A DNA stretch of 40,627 nt from a virus (lineage: Duplodnaviria; Caudoviricetes). The notes beneath the pieces are model-generated. The model saw only the letters and a program-made list of their open reading frames with translations, was not told where the DNA came from and searched no databases. A program made the position numbers and the translations under genes. Shown here piece after piece: positions 15,510 through 23,868 of this stretch; positions within the stretch are counted from its first letter, which is position 1; the number at the start of each line of letters is the position of its first letter. The stretch covers positions 1 through 40,627 of IMG/VR virus record IMGVR_UViG_3300012982_000003. One strand, written 5' to 3'.

Positions 15510-16810
15510 TACTGGCCTTTCGTGTAGTCGATGATGACGTTGCCGGGAGGTTGTCCATCTGTCGACTGGAACTGACTCGTATCTCCGCCGTTCGCATCTA
15601 CAGCATCCCAAACCGGGTTATTGCTGTTTGGAGCAGGATCATAGAGTGTATGGTTGGCAATTGCCTTGATTCGCCTGATCTGATTAAGCTTGGTTTGCAC
15701 CGTAGTCTTCGCATCGCCCAGTACAGGAACAAGCTTCTTCGCTTCCGCAACCTTTGCGTCGCTGATTTGACCACGACCCATAGATTGTAGAGACGCAATT
15801 GCTATGGCGAAACGATTTGATAGCGTGTCGTACTGCTGGCTTTGTTCTGGCGTGATGGATTTTTTGAAGAATCTTGAAATAGCGCCTTCGTGTTCAGTGT
15901 CCTCAAAGAACGGACTAGCCGTGTCTGTGGCGAGTTTTTCTATCTGTGACAGGCCGTAGTCTATTTCGCCAATGTCTACTTTCACTGACGCGAGCATTGT
16001 TGGATTCATGCGCTGAGCCAGCGGGACATTGGCAGAACCAATCCCCCTATATACTTTTGCGTTAGGATCGTAACGACCGCCTTTAATTGGCTCAAGCTCT
16101 GATCCGTCATCTTTCCATCTAAATCCTGCCGGCGCTTTCTGTCCGTTAGACATGGACTTTAAGGTAGCATCAAGTCGCTTTCCTTCCATGTCGAGTCGTC
16201 TATCCGACCGTTCCCCGGATGCTCTTGACAAAGAAAGCTGCTCGTTGGCCCTGTCATCACGCTTGGCCGCTTCCGCTTCGGCCAATGTCCGGTGCTGTTC
16301 TTCCTCGCTGGCTTTCACCATCGGGGCGTACTGAGTCCATGCGTCTTGCAGAACCTTCTGTATTGCCATCTGAGGAACGCCCTTTTGAGACATCGCCTGA
16401 CCTTCCGTCATTAGGCGCTGTTGAAGCTCGGCGATGGTCTGCGGAAACCCGGTAGGCGATGCCTGTGGCTTCTGAGGACGGGGCGGCAATTGCGGCGGGT
16501 TCATCTGGGAAGATGGCACGCTCGGCAGTGCTTGGTACGGCTGAATCTGCGGCTGCTGCATCGGCATGGAAGACTGGCCGGGACCAGGCGCTTGAGCAGG
16601 AGCGGCGGGCGGCGGCGAGAATCCGCCAATGTCTCCCATGACCTGGCCTGTGTACCCCACATTCTGCATCTCCTGCTGCTGCTGAAGCGTCTTCAACTTC
16701 ATCTGTTCGAGCAATTGCTGGTTATAGGCTCGCTTTACTAATTCATCTTGACCGGCGTAATACCCGGTCATTCCATTATTAATTCCGCTCAGCAAATTGT
16801 TTAGGTTCAT
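15509..16810 (-). CDS. Ejection/internal virion protein
   Basis: Gln/Pro-rich N-half, APAGFRW..DG..LEPI.GG motif common in DNA-transfer proteins. Confidence 0.65.
   Translation of the reverse strand: MNLNNLLSGINNGMTGYYAGQDELVKRAYNQQLLEQMKLKTLQQQQEMQNVGYTGQVMGDIGGFSPPPAAPAQAPGPGQSSMPMQQPQIQPYQALPSVPSSQMNPPQLPPRPQKPQASPTGFPQTIAELQQRLMTEGQAMSQKGVPQMAIQKVLQDAWTQYAPMVKASEEEQHRTLAEAEAAKRDDRANEQLSLSRASGERSDRRLDMEGKRLDATLKSMSNGQKAPAGFRWKDDGSELEPIKGGRYDPNAKVYRGIGSANVPLAQRMNPTMLASVKVDIGEIDYGLSQIEKLATDTASPFFEDTEHEGAISRFFKKSITPEQSQQYDTLSNRFAIAIASLQSMGRGQISDAKVAEAKKLVPVLGDAKTTVQTKLNQIRRIKAIANHTLYDPAPNSNNPVWDAVDANGGDTSQFQSTDGQPPGNVIIDYTKGQ
16197..16231 (+). repeat. 35-bp exact dispersed repeat, copy 2 (in-frame part of the ejection gene)
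   Basis: Identical to 1874-1908; encodes LSRASGERSDR on -. Confidence 0.95.
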
Positions 16811-16821
16811 TTGTTAAAATC

Positions 16822-18168
16822 CTAGAACTGACGCGGTCCGCCAACAAGCGGATTAGCCCAAGGGTTGCTTGAGAAGAAATCAGGCGTCTGGCCGCTATTA
16901 CCGCCAAATATCCCGCTGAATACATTGCCAAGACCGCTTTGGGCAAAGTTTGATCCGGCCTGCTGCTGCTGCTGATTGTTATATGCTTGGTTGAGGCTGG
17001 CCTGATTGAATGCGTTCTGTTGTGCGGAGCTACCAATGTCCATATAGGCGCCCGCCTGATTCATCGAATTGCCCATCTGCTGGAAGTACGGCGTCAGCGC
17101 ATTCTGGTAACTGGTGATCGCACCGAACTGGTTTGTGCCAATCGTATTTGCTGCGTTGTATGGGATACCGCCGATGTTCTGAGCGGTTTGCATGGTCGAA
17201 TCGCCAAGGGCTGATGCCCCGGCCATATCAGCGGCATAGCCGTGGTTCGCCACGTTAAGACCGGACAAGCCCTGCATCTGACGTTGTAGCTGTTGATTCT
17301 GCCAGTCTATATTGAAGTTCGACATGGCTTGGTTTTCAAGACCGGCACCGTATGGCGATGTACCTACACCTGCGGCCGATGACGCGGCCCTAACCTGATC
17401 CTGTAGCTGCTGCTGGGTACGGTTATAAAGCGCCTGCTGCGGATCCATAGCTGTGTTAAACACGGTATTGCCAGCCGACAGCATGTTATTGCCAGCACCG
17501 TACATGCCCTGAATAGCCGCCTGCTGTTGCGGCAACAGACCTTGCGCAATTTGACCCGCTTGATTGGCACTGTTCTGCATGCCTTGGGCCTGCGGGTTGT
17601 TATAAATCTGCTGGTAGGCGGAGGTAATCGGGGAGGGCGTGAAGGGTGTTGGCTGACCAGACTGTGAGGGCGCAGGAAGACCCTGTGTGCCAGTTACATG
17701 TCCCTGCATGCCAGTTGTATCCGGCGCTGCACTCAAAGGTTGCGGAATGTCATTCTGGTGACGCCCATAACGATTGCTATATTGCGGGTTAAACCCTGAC
17801 TGGTTAAAGTTACTAGACTGTTGTGGTTGTGGTTGTGGTTGCTGAATCGATGGCGCTGCTGGCATGGGCGCTGCTGTTGGCGGACCGCCCATGCCCATCA
17901 ACGGCCCGTAATACTGGTTAATCGCGTTCTGGTATTGGTTGAATGAGTTCTGATAGTTGGTATCCATCCCCGGCTGATTCTGCGGGATGTATACAGGCGG
18001 GGAGCTTGTTGACCCGCCACCGGCCCGTGATCCACCGCCACCGCCGAGAGAGCCCGCAACCGAACTACCCAGTGCGCCCCCCAGTAAAGCGCCCCCCGAT
18101 GCACCTAAAAATGTTCCAGCACCTAGTGACCCGCCAAGAATTGCTCCGCCAGTCGCAAAGAAAGCCAT
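16822..18168 (-). CDS. Ejection/pilot protein
   Basis: Gly-rich hydrophobic N-terminus, Gln/Asn-rich body, synteny with P22 gp7-type genes. Confidence 0.65.
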   Translation of the reverse strand: MAFFATGGAILGGSLGAGTFLGASGGALLGGALGSSVAGSLGGGGGSRAGGGSTSSPPVYIPQNQPGMDTNYQNSFNQYQNAINQYYGPLMGMGGPPTAAPMPAAPSIQQPQPQPQQSSNFNQSGFNPQYSNRYGRHQNDIPQPLSAAPDTTGMQGHVTGTQGLPAPSQSGQPTPFTPSPITSAYQQIYNNPQAQGMQNSANQAGQIAQGLLPQQQAAIQGMYGAGNNMLSAGNTVFNTAMDPQQALYNRTQQQLQDQVRAASSAAGVGTSPYGAGLENQAMSNFNIDWQNQQLQRQMQGLSGLNVANHGYAADMAGASALGDSTMQTAQNIGGIPYNAANTIGTNQFGAITSYQNALTPYFQQMGNSMNQAGAYMDIGSSAQQNAFNQASLNQAYNNQQQQQAGSNFAQSGLGNVFSGIFGGNSGQTPDFFSSNPWANPLVGGPRQF

Positions 18169-18707
18169 CAGATACCTCCAATCTTCACGATATGGCCTTC
18201 CGCCAATGGGAACTCAGCGTAATCCGGTGCGATGATTATTTTCTCCAACTCGTCAACGTCCCTGATGTCGTCTGGATTCGGATGAATGGTCGTCCAGATA
18301 ACATCTGTGTGCGCATACAGGGCGCGCTTTGTTCCGGCAGACGACACCATCGAATGGGGTGCTTCCAGCGTTTCAAGTCCGTCTTTGGTGAGGACCGTTA
18401 CCCGGCCTTTTGAGATGAAGTTGAAGTGTGCGAAGCGGTGTATCTTGCCGGTGATGACTGAACCTGCGGCGATATGAATTTCACGGCAATAGACGCCGGG
18501 CGGGAAGTAATGAACAAGCGGGCAGTCTTCTGGATCAAGCCTGATATCATCTGGAAACGATTTAAGAGACGCCTCAAGAGTTGCTATCTTCGCCCTTATT
18601 TCAGATTCCGTAATGTCTTTGTGAATCTGTAGCTCAGTGCAGCCAAGATCGAGCCTGTTGATCCATGATTTCCCGGTTTCGTCTTGACCCATGTTGACTC
18701 TAAGCAT
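18168..18707 (-). CDS. Cupin-like phage protein
   Basis: FPPGVYCREI.I.AG..ITGKIHRFAH.N.ISKG, SSAGTKR, WTTIH. Confidence 0.7.
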   Translation of the reverse strand: MLRVNMGQDETGKSWINRLDLGCTELQIHKDITESEIRAKIATLEASLKSFPDDIRLDPEDCPLVHYFPPGVYCREIHIAAGSVITGKIHRFAHFNFISKGRVTVLTKDGLETLEAPHSMVSSAGTKRALYAHTDVIWTTIHPNPDDIRDVDELEKIIIAPDYAEFPLAEGHIVKIGGI

Positions 18708-20316
18708 TCATGTACCCCAATACCTGATAACGGAGGTTGAACTGTTTAACTGACGTGCCCGCAATGGCGGTCGATGTCATGCTGAAAGAAAGCTTTTTGG
18801 TAACGATTGGCTTGTCCCATTTCATCGTGTAAACGTGCGCGTTCAATGAATTTGCCGACCATGTGCCAGTTCCCCATGTGCCAGTTCCCCATATGCCTAC
18901 GGTCGGCTGCGTCGTGACGCCGCACGTTCCGATAATGCTTCCAGAATCGTTCAGCGCATTAAACGTGTAGGTGTTTTGAGGACCCTGATTAGGGGCAAGC
19001 TCAACAGTGCTTTCGACGATGCACTTTTCCATCATGTCACCCGTGTCTGGCATGCTGGCGGTTTTGAGATTGATCTGGTAACTCGCGCCGTTGTCCGTAA
19101 ACACGGATGTCGATGCCTGTACGATCTGGCTATTAAGCAGCTTTGAAGTCACATCGTTTCTGGCGAGAATCACGGACCCGCCATAGGTTGTCGAAAGCTC
19201 TGGATACGGAACCGCTACATGGAATCCGAACGTATGCGGCCCGCTCCATTTCTGTGAAATGAAATCAAACCAGAACTCGACCGGCGTGTAAGATGTCGAA
19301 TTGAATGTCGTGTCCAGAGATATGCGGTAAGTGCCGTTGCTGAACACCGCGCAGGCCCTTGAAGGACGCGTGCAGGCAGTGAACGGCGTCACAATGTCGA
19401 TGTTGAAGTAATCGACAACGCCAGACTGATTCACGATCCGGATACCGTCGTACTCCATGAACAAGAGACCGACCGGGGTGGCTACAATCGTTCTTGGCGA
19501 AACACAGCCATTCGATCCGGATAACTGGTTAAGCGCCAGCGTACTAAGCGCAGAATCTCCAGTGACTTGCCATATCGAGTGATCCTTAAAAAGAATCAAC
19601 GCCTGCAAGACGCCTTGTGACGATGTGGACAGCGGTAGTCCCACGCTGGCCGTGATATTCGTGGTATCGCCCACCGTCAAAATCTGGTTGGCGTTGGTTA
19701 TCGTCTGTGGAACCAGAACGTCACTGTAATAAACAACATTGCCGACTGAGTACCATGCCCGGTTACCGAACTGTGAAACTGCTTGCGCTATCCACGTCTG
19801 TGCGCCGGCTGCCACAGTCACTTGAAGCTTGTTGAATGTCGGCGCTGCCGGGTTACTAAGATCGAAGTAATAACCCTGAACATTCAATCCAGTCGTGTTC
19901 GGATGCGTGACCAGCAACTTGGTACTGACCAGCGCCATCGTCGGCGGCGTCCAGTCACCGGTAATCGCAACCGCGTTCGGCAGCGTCGTTCCGACTGCGA
20001 CCGTAACAGTCACAAGGGCGGCTGTGCCAAGGTCGTAACAGAAAGGCGCGTCTGTGCCGCCTGACGGCCCGGCAAGGCCATAAACCCGGCTGCCTATCTG
20101 CATGGCAACCGAGATAACCGCGCCGGCGCCGACCGCTGCGGTAATGTCCTTCAGTACCGTGACGCCTGGTCTGCTCGTCCAGCCGTGCAGGTTGTAACGG
20201 TCTACAACGAGGTTTTGCAGCATCCGGCACGCGCCTGGGAAGCTCGTCGTCTGATCGGGTGAATCGGTAAGCCCTATCGGCGTAAACGTATACGGCTCGG
20301 ATTTACGAAGCGGCAT
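18700..20316 (-). CDS. Tail hub/nozzle (P22 gp10 / tubular protein B-like)
   Basis: 538 aa beta-propeller-like, GCVSPRTIV..P.GL.F motif, WGTGTWG; synteny. Confidence 0.7.
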   Translation of the reverse strand: MPLRKSEPYTFTPIGLTDSPDQTTSFPGACRMLQNLVVDRYNLHGWTSRPGVTVLKDITAAVGAGAVISVAMQIGSRVYGLAGPSGGTDAPFCYDLGTAALVTVTVAVGTTLPNAVAITGDWTPPTMALVSTKLLVTHPNTTGLNVQGYYFDLSNPAAPTFNKLQVTVAAGAQTWIAQAVSQFGNRAWYSVGNVVYYSDVLVPQTITNANQILTVGDTTNITASVGLPLSTSSQGVLQALILFKDHSIWQVTGDSALSTLALNQLSGSNGCVSPRTIVATPVGLLFMEYDGIRIVNQSGVVDYFNIDIVTPFTACTRPSRACAVFSNGTYRISLDTTFNSTSYTPVEFWFDFISQKWSGPHTFGFHVAVPYPELSTTYGGSVILARNDVTSKLLNSQIVQASTSVFTDNGASYQINLKTASMPDTGDMMEKCIVESTVELAPNQGPQNTYTFNALNDSGSIIGTCGVTTQPTVGIWGTGTWGTGTWSANSLNAHVYTMKWDKPIVTKKLSFSMTSTAIAGTSVKQFNLRYQVLGYMNA

Positions 20317-20984
20317 TACCAGCCCTGTAACTTGGTCGGACGATAGGACCCACCATTCCTAAATGTGCGCGGGTCCTTCTTGACGGTGTTCACGTAGCCG
20401 CCCATGTCGTTATCCATGCGCAAGTAGTCACGAAGCATGTCCTGCCCCATCGACTCGAAACTGGCCCACCGTTCATCGTCGGTCAGTTTCATCATCTGGG
20501 TTGCCAAGGCGTGAATAAGGTATTGCTGATACGGGAACCAAGGAACGGTCGTGCTGGTATCCGCGTTGGCGATATCCGCAGGGGATGCGATGTAACGGAC
20601 GCTCAAGGTGAATGAGATTCCAGGATAAGGATATAAATAGATCGTGGAATTTGAGTTATCCGTCGCAAAACTATCCGGGTACTGGCTGTTGCTTGACCCC
20701 GTGTATTGCTGGTCAAAGTCTTGTAGAGCGATCTGATTCAGATAAAAAACCGTGCCGCTGATGTTGTAGAAAACTTCTTTTTGTCTCAGATAATCAGCCG
20801 GCAGTGGATACGAGAAAGTCCCGGAAGTGACGGCAATGGTCGTCAGCTTCCGGGTTAATGTATTGTCGTAGGTCAGCGCAAGACCGTTTAGCAGGGCGTT
20901 CAACGCATTAGTGGCCTGAACGGTATAGCCGGGGCACTTTGCGATCTGCAACGCCTGTGTAACGATCTGCGCCGAGGTCAACAT
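20316..20984 (-). CDS. Head-tail adaptor (tubular protein A-like)
   Basis: SGTFSYPLPADY, IYLYPYP motifs; synteny. Confidence 0.7.
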   Translation of the reverse strand: MLTSAQIVTQALQIAKCPGYTVQATNALNALLNGLALTYDNTLTRKLTTIAVTSGTFSYPLPADYLRQKEVFYNISGTVFYLNQIALQDFDQQYTGSSNSQYPDSFATDNSNSTIYLYPYPGISFTLSVRYIASPADIANADTSTTVPWFPYQQYLIHALATQMMKLTDDERWASFESMGQDMLRDYLRMDNDMGGYVNTVKKDPRTFRNGGSYRPTKLQGW

Positions 20985-21364
20985 ACTGCTTTTTTCTTCT
21001 CTTTAATGGCGGCCTTGCCCTTTTCGATATCTTCTGCGATTCGCCCTATATTCACCTTCATGGTATTGACATGCTGCTTGTCGGCGGAGTTGAGTTTCCC
21101 TTCCCGTTTTTCTTTTTCCGTGAGTTCGTGGAATGCCTTTTCGTTGGCCGACAATTGGTCTTTCGCTACTTCAAGATTGGCTTCCAGAAGAACGATCTCG
21201 TTCTTCGTTCGTTGACGCTCCATAGACTTCATGATTTTGTCTAGCTCTAAATCCATTTCCTTGTTCGTAGCGCCTTCCGCGAAGTTTCCCGTGACATCAA
21301 CGTTTCTGCCGTTGCCAAGGTCGTAGCCGACGCGGAACATGTAACCTACTTTCTTTTCAGACAT
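20978..21364 (-). CDS. Hypothetical coiled-coil protein
   Basis: GGAGG RBS and TAATG overlap give start 21364. Confidence 0.65.
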   Translation of the reverse strand: MSEKKVGYMFRVGYDLGNGRNVDVTGNFAEGATNKEMDLELDKIMKSMERQRTKNEIVLLEANLEVAKDQLSANEKAFHELTEKEKREGKLNSADKQHVNTMKVNIGRIAEDIEKGKAAIKEKKKAVC

Positions 21365-21621
21365 TAAAACCTCCGCTTGTTTTTCGATAAGACGTTGCCG
21401 GCGATATTCCCGGTATTCATCACATGGTCGTACTCCTGCGTGTTGTGCATGATCCACATCAGATCAATTGCCGTTTCTTCTGTGACGGTGTAGGTCTGTC
21501 CGTCGAAATAAGGAACGCCATTCAATGTGATCTTGTTGTCTGTGCTGCCGACACGGACGTTAACGTTGACCAGCGGTCGTTCCTCCTTCACTTCTTTCTT
21601 TACGCTCAGTGTTTCAGCCAT
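21364..21621 (-). CDS. Conserved hypothetical protein downstream of capsid
   Basis: GGAGG RBS; ITLNG..Y..GQTY.V motif. Confidence 0.7.
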   Translation of the reverse strand: MAETLSVKKEVKEERPLVNVNVRVGSTDNKITLNGVPYFDGQTYTVTEETAIDLMWIMHNTQEYDHVMNTGNIAGNVLSKNKRRF

Positions 21622-21633
21622 AAATCCTCCAAT

Positions 21634-21686
21634 AAAAAACGGCCACGAAGGCCGTCATTAAAAAGGAGGGGGCGCTTGGCCCCCTC
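21634..21686 (-). terminator. Two tandem intrinsic terminators after the capsid gene
   Basis: GAGGGGGC-CAAGC-GCCCCCTC then CTTTTT; ACGGCC-TTCGT-GGCCGT then TTTTT. Confidence 0.75.
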
Positions 21687-21699
21687 AATGTCGCTACGA

Positions 21700-23118
21700 T
21701 TAGTACGCCACGCCGTAGGTCGTCGCCGCGCCAGCACTCAAGGCAGGGGTGCCAGAAGTGAAGCTCGGAGAGAACTGCGAGTTGGACTCGATGCGCATGA
21801 AGAACGCCTGATTGGTAATCATCATTCCGTAGAAAACCTTCCACGCGATCACACGCAACTGGTTGTGACGATCCGACTTATCCGCTTCGCGCAAATACTC
21901 GAAACGGGGCTCATCAAGATCGACAACCGCGTAGGCACCCTTGCCGACTATGAATGTCGGGAACACGGTCACACCGGAACCGGGCTGTGAGGGCGGAATC
22001 TGACTACCGTTATAGGTAGAAACAGCGGTCAGCGTCACAGCGGTATTGGCCGGAACACCAACTAAGAAGCCTGCCGCACCACCCGTAGTCGGTGCGCCGG
22101 TATAAGTACCCGTGGCAATCGTCATGCCCGCTTGTGCGTTGGTTGCACTCACGTACACGTTGTAGACCATGCCGGGGACGTTCGGCGTTGTCATGGTGAT
22201 GACATTGGGACTCGTCACCGCAACAGACTGGATGTTATAAATCTGCTGCTCCATGCCGGTCTGTGCAGGGCACCCGACCACTTGCGTATACCACGTTGCG
22301 GTTGCGAAGCTGCCGCCAGTGCTAGATGCCGCAGGCGTCGGACCCGCCCCGGCATTGGCCCAGTACGGCACCATGTTGGAGGTCGTAAAGGCCACGCCAT
22401 TCCAGACGCCTACTTCTGTGCCATACAGGCGTTCAACATCGCTGTACTGCCATGCCGTCGATACCGTCGAATTGGACCGGAAATCCTGAGCAACCAACGG
22501 ATGTGTAATCGCGGCATAAACAGGCGCACCATAGGGCTTGACCTTTGTTCCTGCGCCTACCTCATAGGAATCCTCGCCTCGTGAATCGAAACGCGGCACG
22601 CCCAATGTAGTCATAGCGCCAACGGCTTTGTAAATATCCGATGGAGACAGTGAATCGGACGCCGCCGTGGTCAACCCAGCACGATTCGCCCGGCCATTGG
22701 AATAATTGATGTTGGTGCCCGCCAGAAGACCGTTGCTGCCGGTATAGGCATTGCGTTCCAGCGTTTCAGACATCTGTATTGCCGTTAGGCGAACTGCCTG
22801 CTGGAATACGTCATGCTTGATGGTCAATTCCGCCACATCGGTCAACTGAACCGAGTCGCCCCACTGCTGGACGGTCGCCGACGCCTGACTGATCGTCATG
22901 GTCTCGCTGACGGACGGTACGCCTTCAGACAAGGTTGCGACGGGCAGCGGCAGACGCGAGTAACGGGTAGCCGTATAGGTGGTGCCCATGTTCTTCGGCA
23001 GTTTGATCTTGTCTGCGAAGGCATAAGCGGTTAACTGACGTTTTGCAATCGGCAGAACTTTTTCTGCAAGATACGCTTGGACGTCAGCGGAAAATGTTGC
23101 TGATGTGTTATTTGGCAT
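21700..23118 (-). CDS. Major capsid protein, N4-gp56 family, with inserted beta-rich domain
   Basis: LPKNMG, LSEGVP, QQWGD.V.LTDV, HPLV..D, EVG...GV.F, DKSD..NQ...IAWK. Confidence 0.9.
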   Translation of the reverse strand: MPNNTSATFSADVQAYLAEKVLPIAKRQLTAYAFADKIKLPKNMGTTYTATRYSRLPLPVATLSEGVPSVSETMTISQASATVQQWGDSVQLTDVAELTIKHDVFQQAVRLTAIQMSETLERNAYTGSNGLLAGTNINYSNGRANRAGLTTAASDSLSPSDIYKAVGAMTTLGVPRFDSRGEDSYEVGAGTKVKPYGAPVYAAITHPLVAQDFRSNSTVSTAWQYSDVERLYGTEVGVWNGVAFTTSNMVPYWANAGAGPTPAASSTGGSFATATWYTQVVGCPAQTGMEQQIYNIQSVAVTSPNVITMTTPNVPGMVYNVYVSATNAQAGMTIATGTYTGAPTTGGAAGFLVGVPANTAVTLTAVSTYNGSQIPPSQPGSGVTVFPTFIVGKGAYAVVDLDEPRFEYLREADKSDRHNQLRVIAWKVFYGMMITNQAFFMRIESNSQFSPSFTSGTPALSAGAATTYGVAY

Positions 23119-23130
23119 AAATCACCTCGA

Positions 23131-23754
23131 TTAGATAAGAATGTCCCTCAGCCTTTCTTCGGCCGTGGACGTGGTTTTCCCTGCGGCAATATCTGATCTT
23201 GGGGAGGTTGGTGTTCCTTTGGCTGACGCAACGCGCTTTTCGCCTTCGCGCTTCTTGGCCGACTGCGAGCGGATATTCTCAACACGATCTTTACCCATCA
23301 TGTAATAGAAAATCCCCTCGCGTGTTGCGTTGACACCGTTACCACGGGCCTTCTGCAACTCGGCTTCGACCTTATCTGCATACTTCGCAAAGTCAGGACT
23401 GGACGCGAACTTCGTTGTGAACGTTACCCGGTCGTTGGCATCCAGCGTTTGCATGTGCATCTGCTGGAGCTGTGTGTTGACTTGGCGTCTCCACGCTTCA
23501 TCTGGATCGAGTTCTTCTTGAGGTTGACGCATTTCAGCCTGCCGGCGATAAAACTCCGCCTGCTCTGAGGCTGCCTGCGCCTTGGCCTGCGCTTCGGCAC
23601 GCTCCCGAATCAACGCCTGAACACGGGCCTGCGCTCGGGATACCGGCTTATCGTCTTCCTCATCAACCGGCTCTGTTTCTTCAACAGGCGGGTCGATAAC
23701 TTCTTCCTCGGTCGGTTCAACAACAACTTCTTCGGGCATCGTTTCGTCAGTCAT
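23131..23754 (-). CDS. Scaffolding protein
   Basis: Acidic N-terminus, RAQARVQALI coiled coil; between portal and capsid. Confidence 0.75.
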   Translation of the reverse strand: MTDETMPEEVVVEPTEEEVIDPPVEETEPVDEEDDKPVSRAQARVQALIRERAEAQAKAQAASEQAEFYRRQAEMRQPQEELDPDEAWRRQVNTQLQQMHMQTLDANDRVTFTTKFASSPDFAKYADKVEAELQKARGNGVNATREGIFYYMMGKDRVENIRSQSAKKREGEKRVASAKGTPTSPRSDIAAGKTTSTAEERLRDILI

Positions 23755-23768
23755 TTATCAATCTCCTC

Positions 23769-23818
23769 GGTGAACTACGGCCACCAGTCGGGTGTGACGC
23801 ATAACGTGCGTCGGTCGG
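23769..23818 (-). promoter_or_regulatory. Structured leader with two similar hairpins next to the scaffold RBS
   Basis: CCGACC-GACGCA CGTTA TGCGTC and CCGACT-GGTGGC CGTA GTTCACC-GAGGAG. Confidence 0.5.
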
Positions 23819-23834
23819 GGTAAAACGCGGGCAT

Positions 23835-23858
23835 AAAAAAAGCCCCGTTAGGGGCTTT
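23835..23858 (-). terminator. Intrinsic terminator after portal
   Basis: AGCCCC-TAAC-GGGGCT followed by a T run. Confidence 0.8.
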
Positions 23859-23868
23859 CTAGATTCGT

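Noticed and set aside
17820-17842. GTTGTG microsatellite as phase-variation tract
   Set aside because: 6-bp in-frame unit encoding QPQPQP in a low-complexity region
18859-18892. 15-bp tandem duplication
   Set aside because: Encodes WGTGTWGTGTW, an ordinary Trp-Gly motif of tail hub proteins
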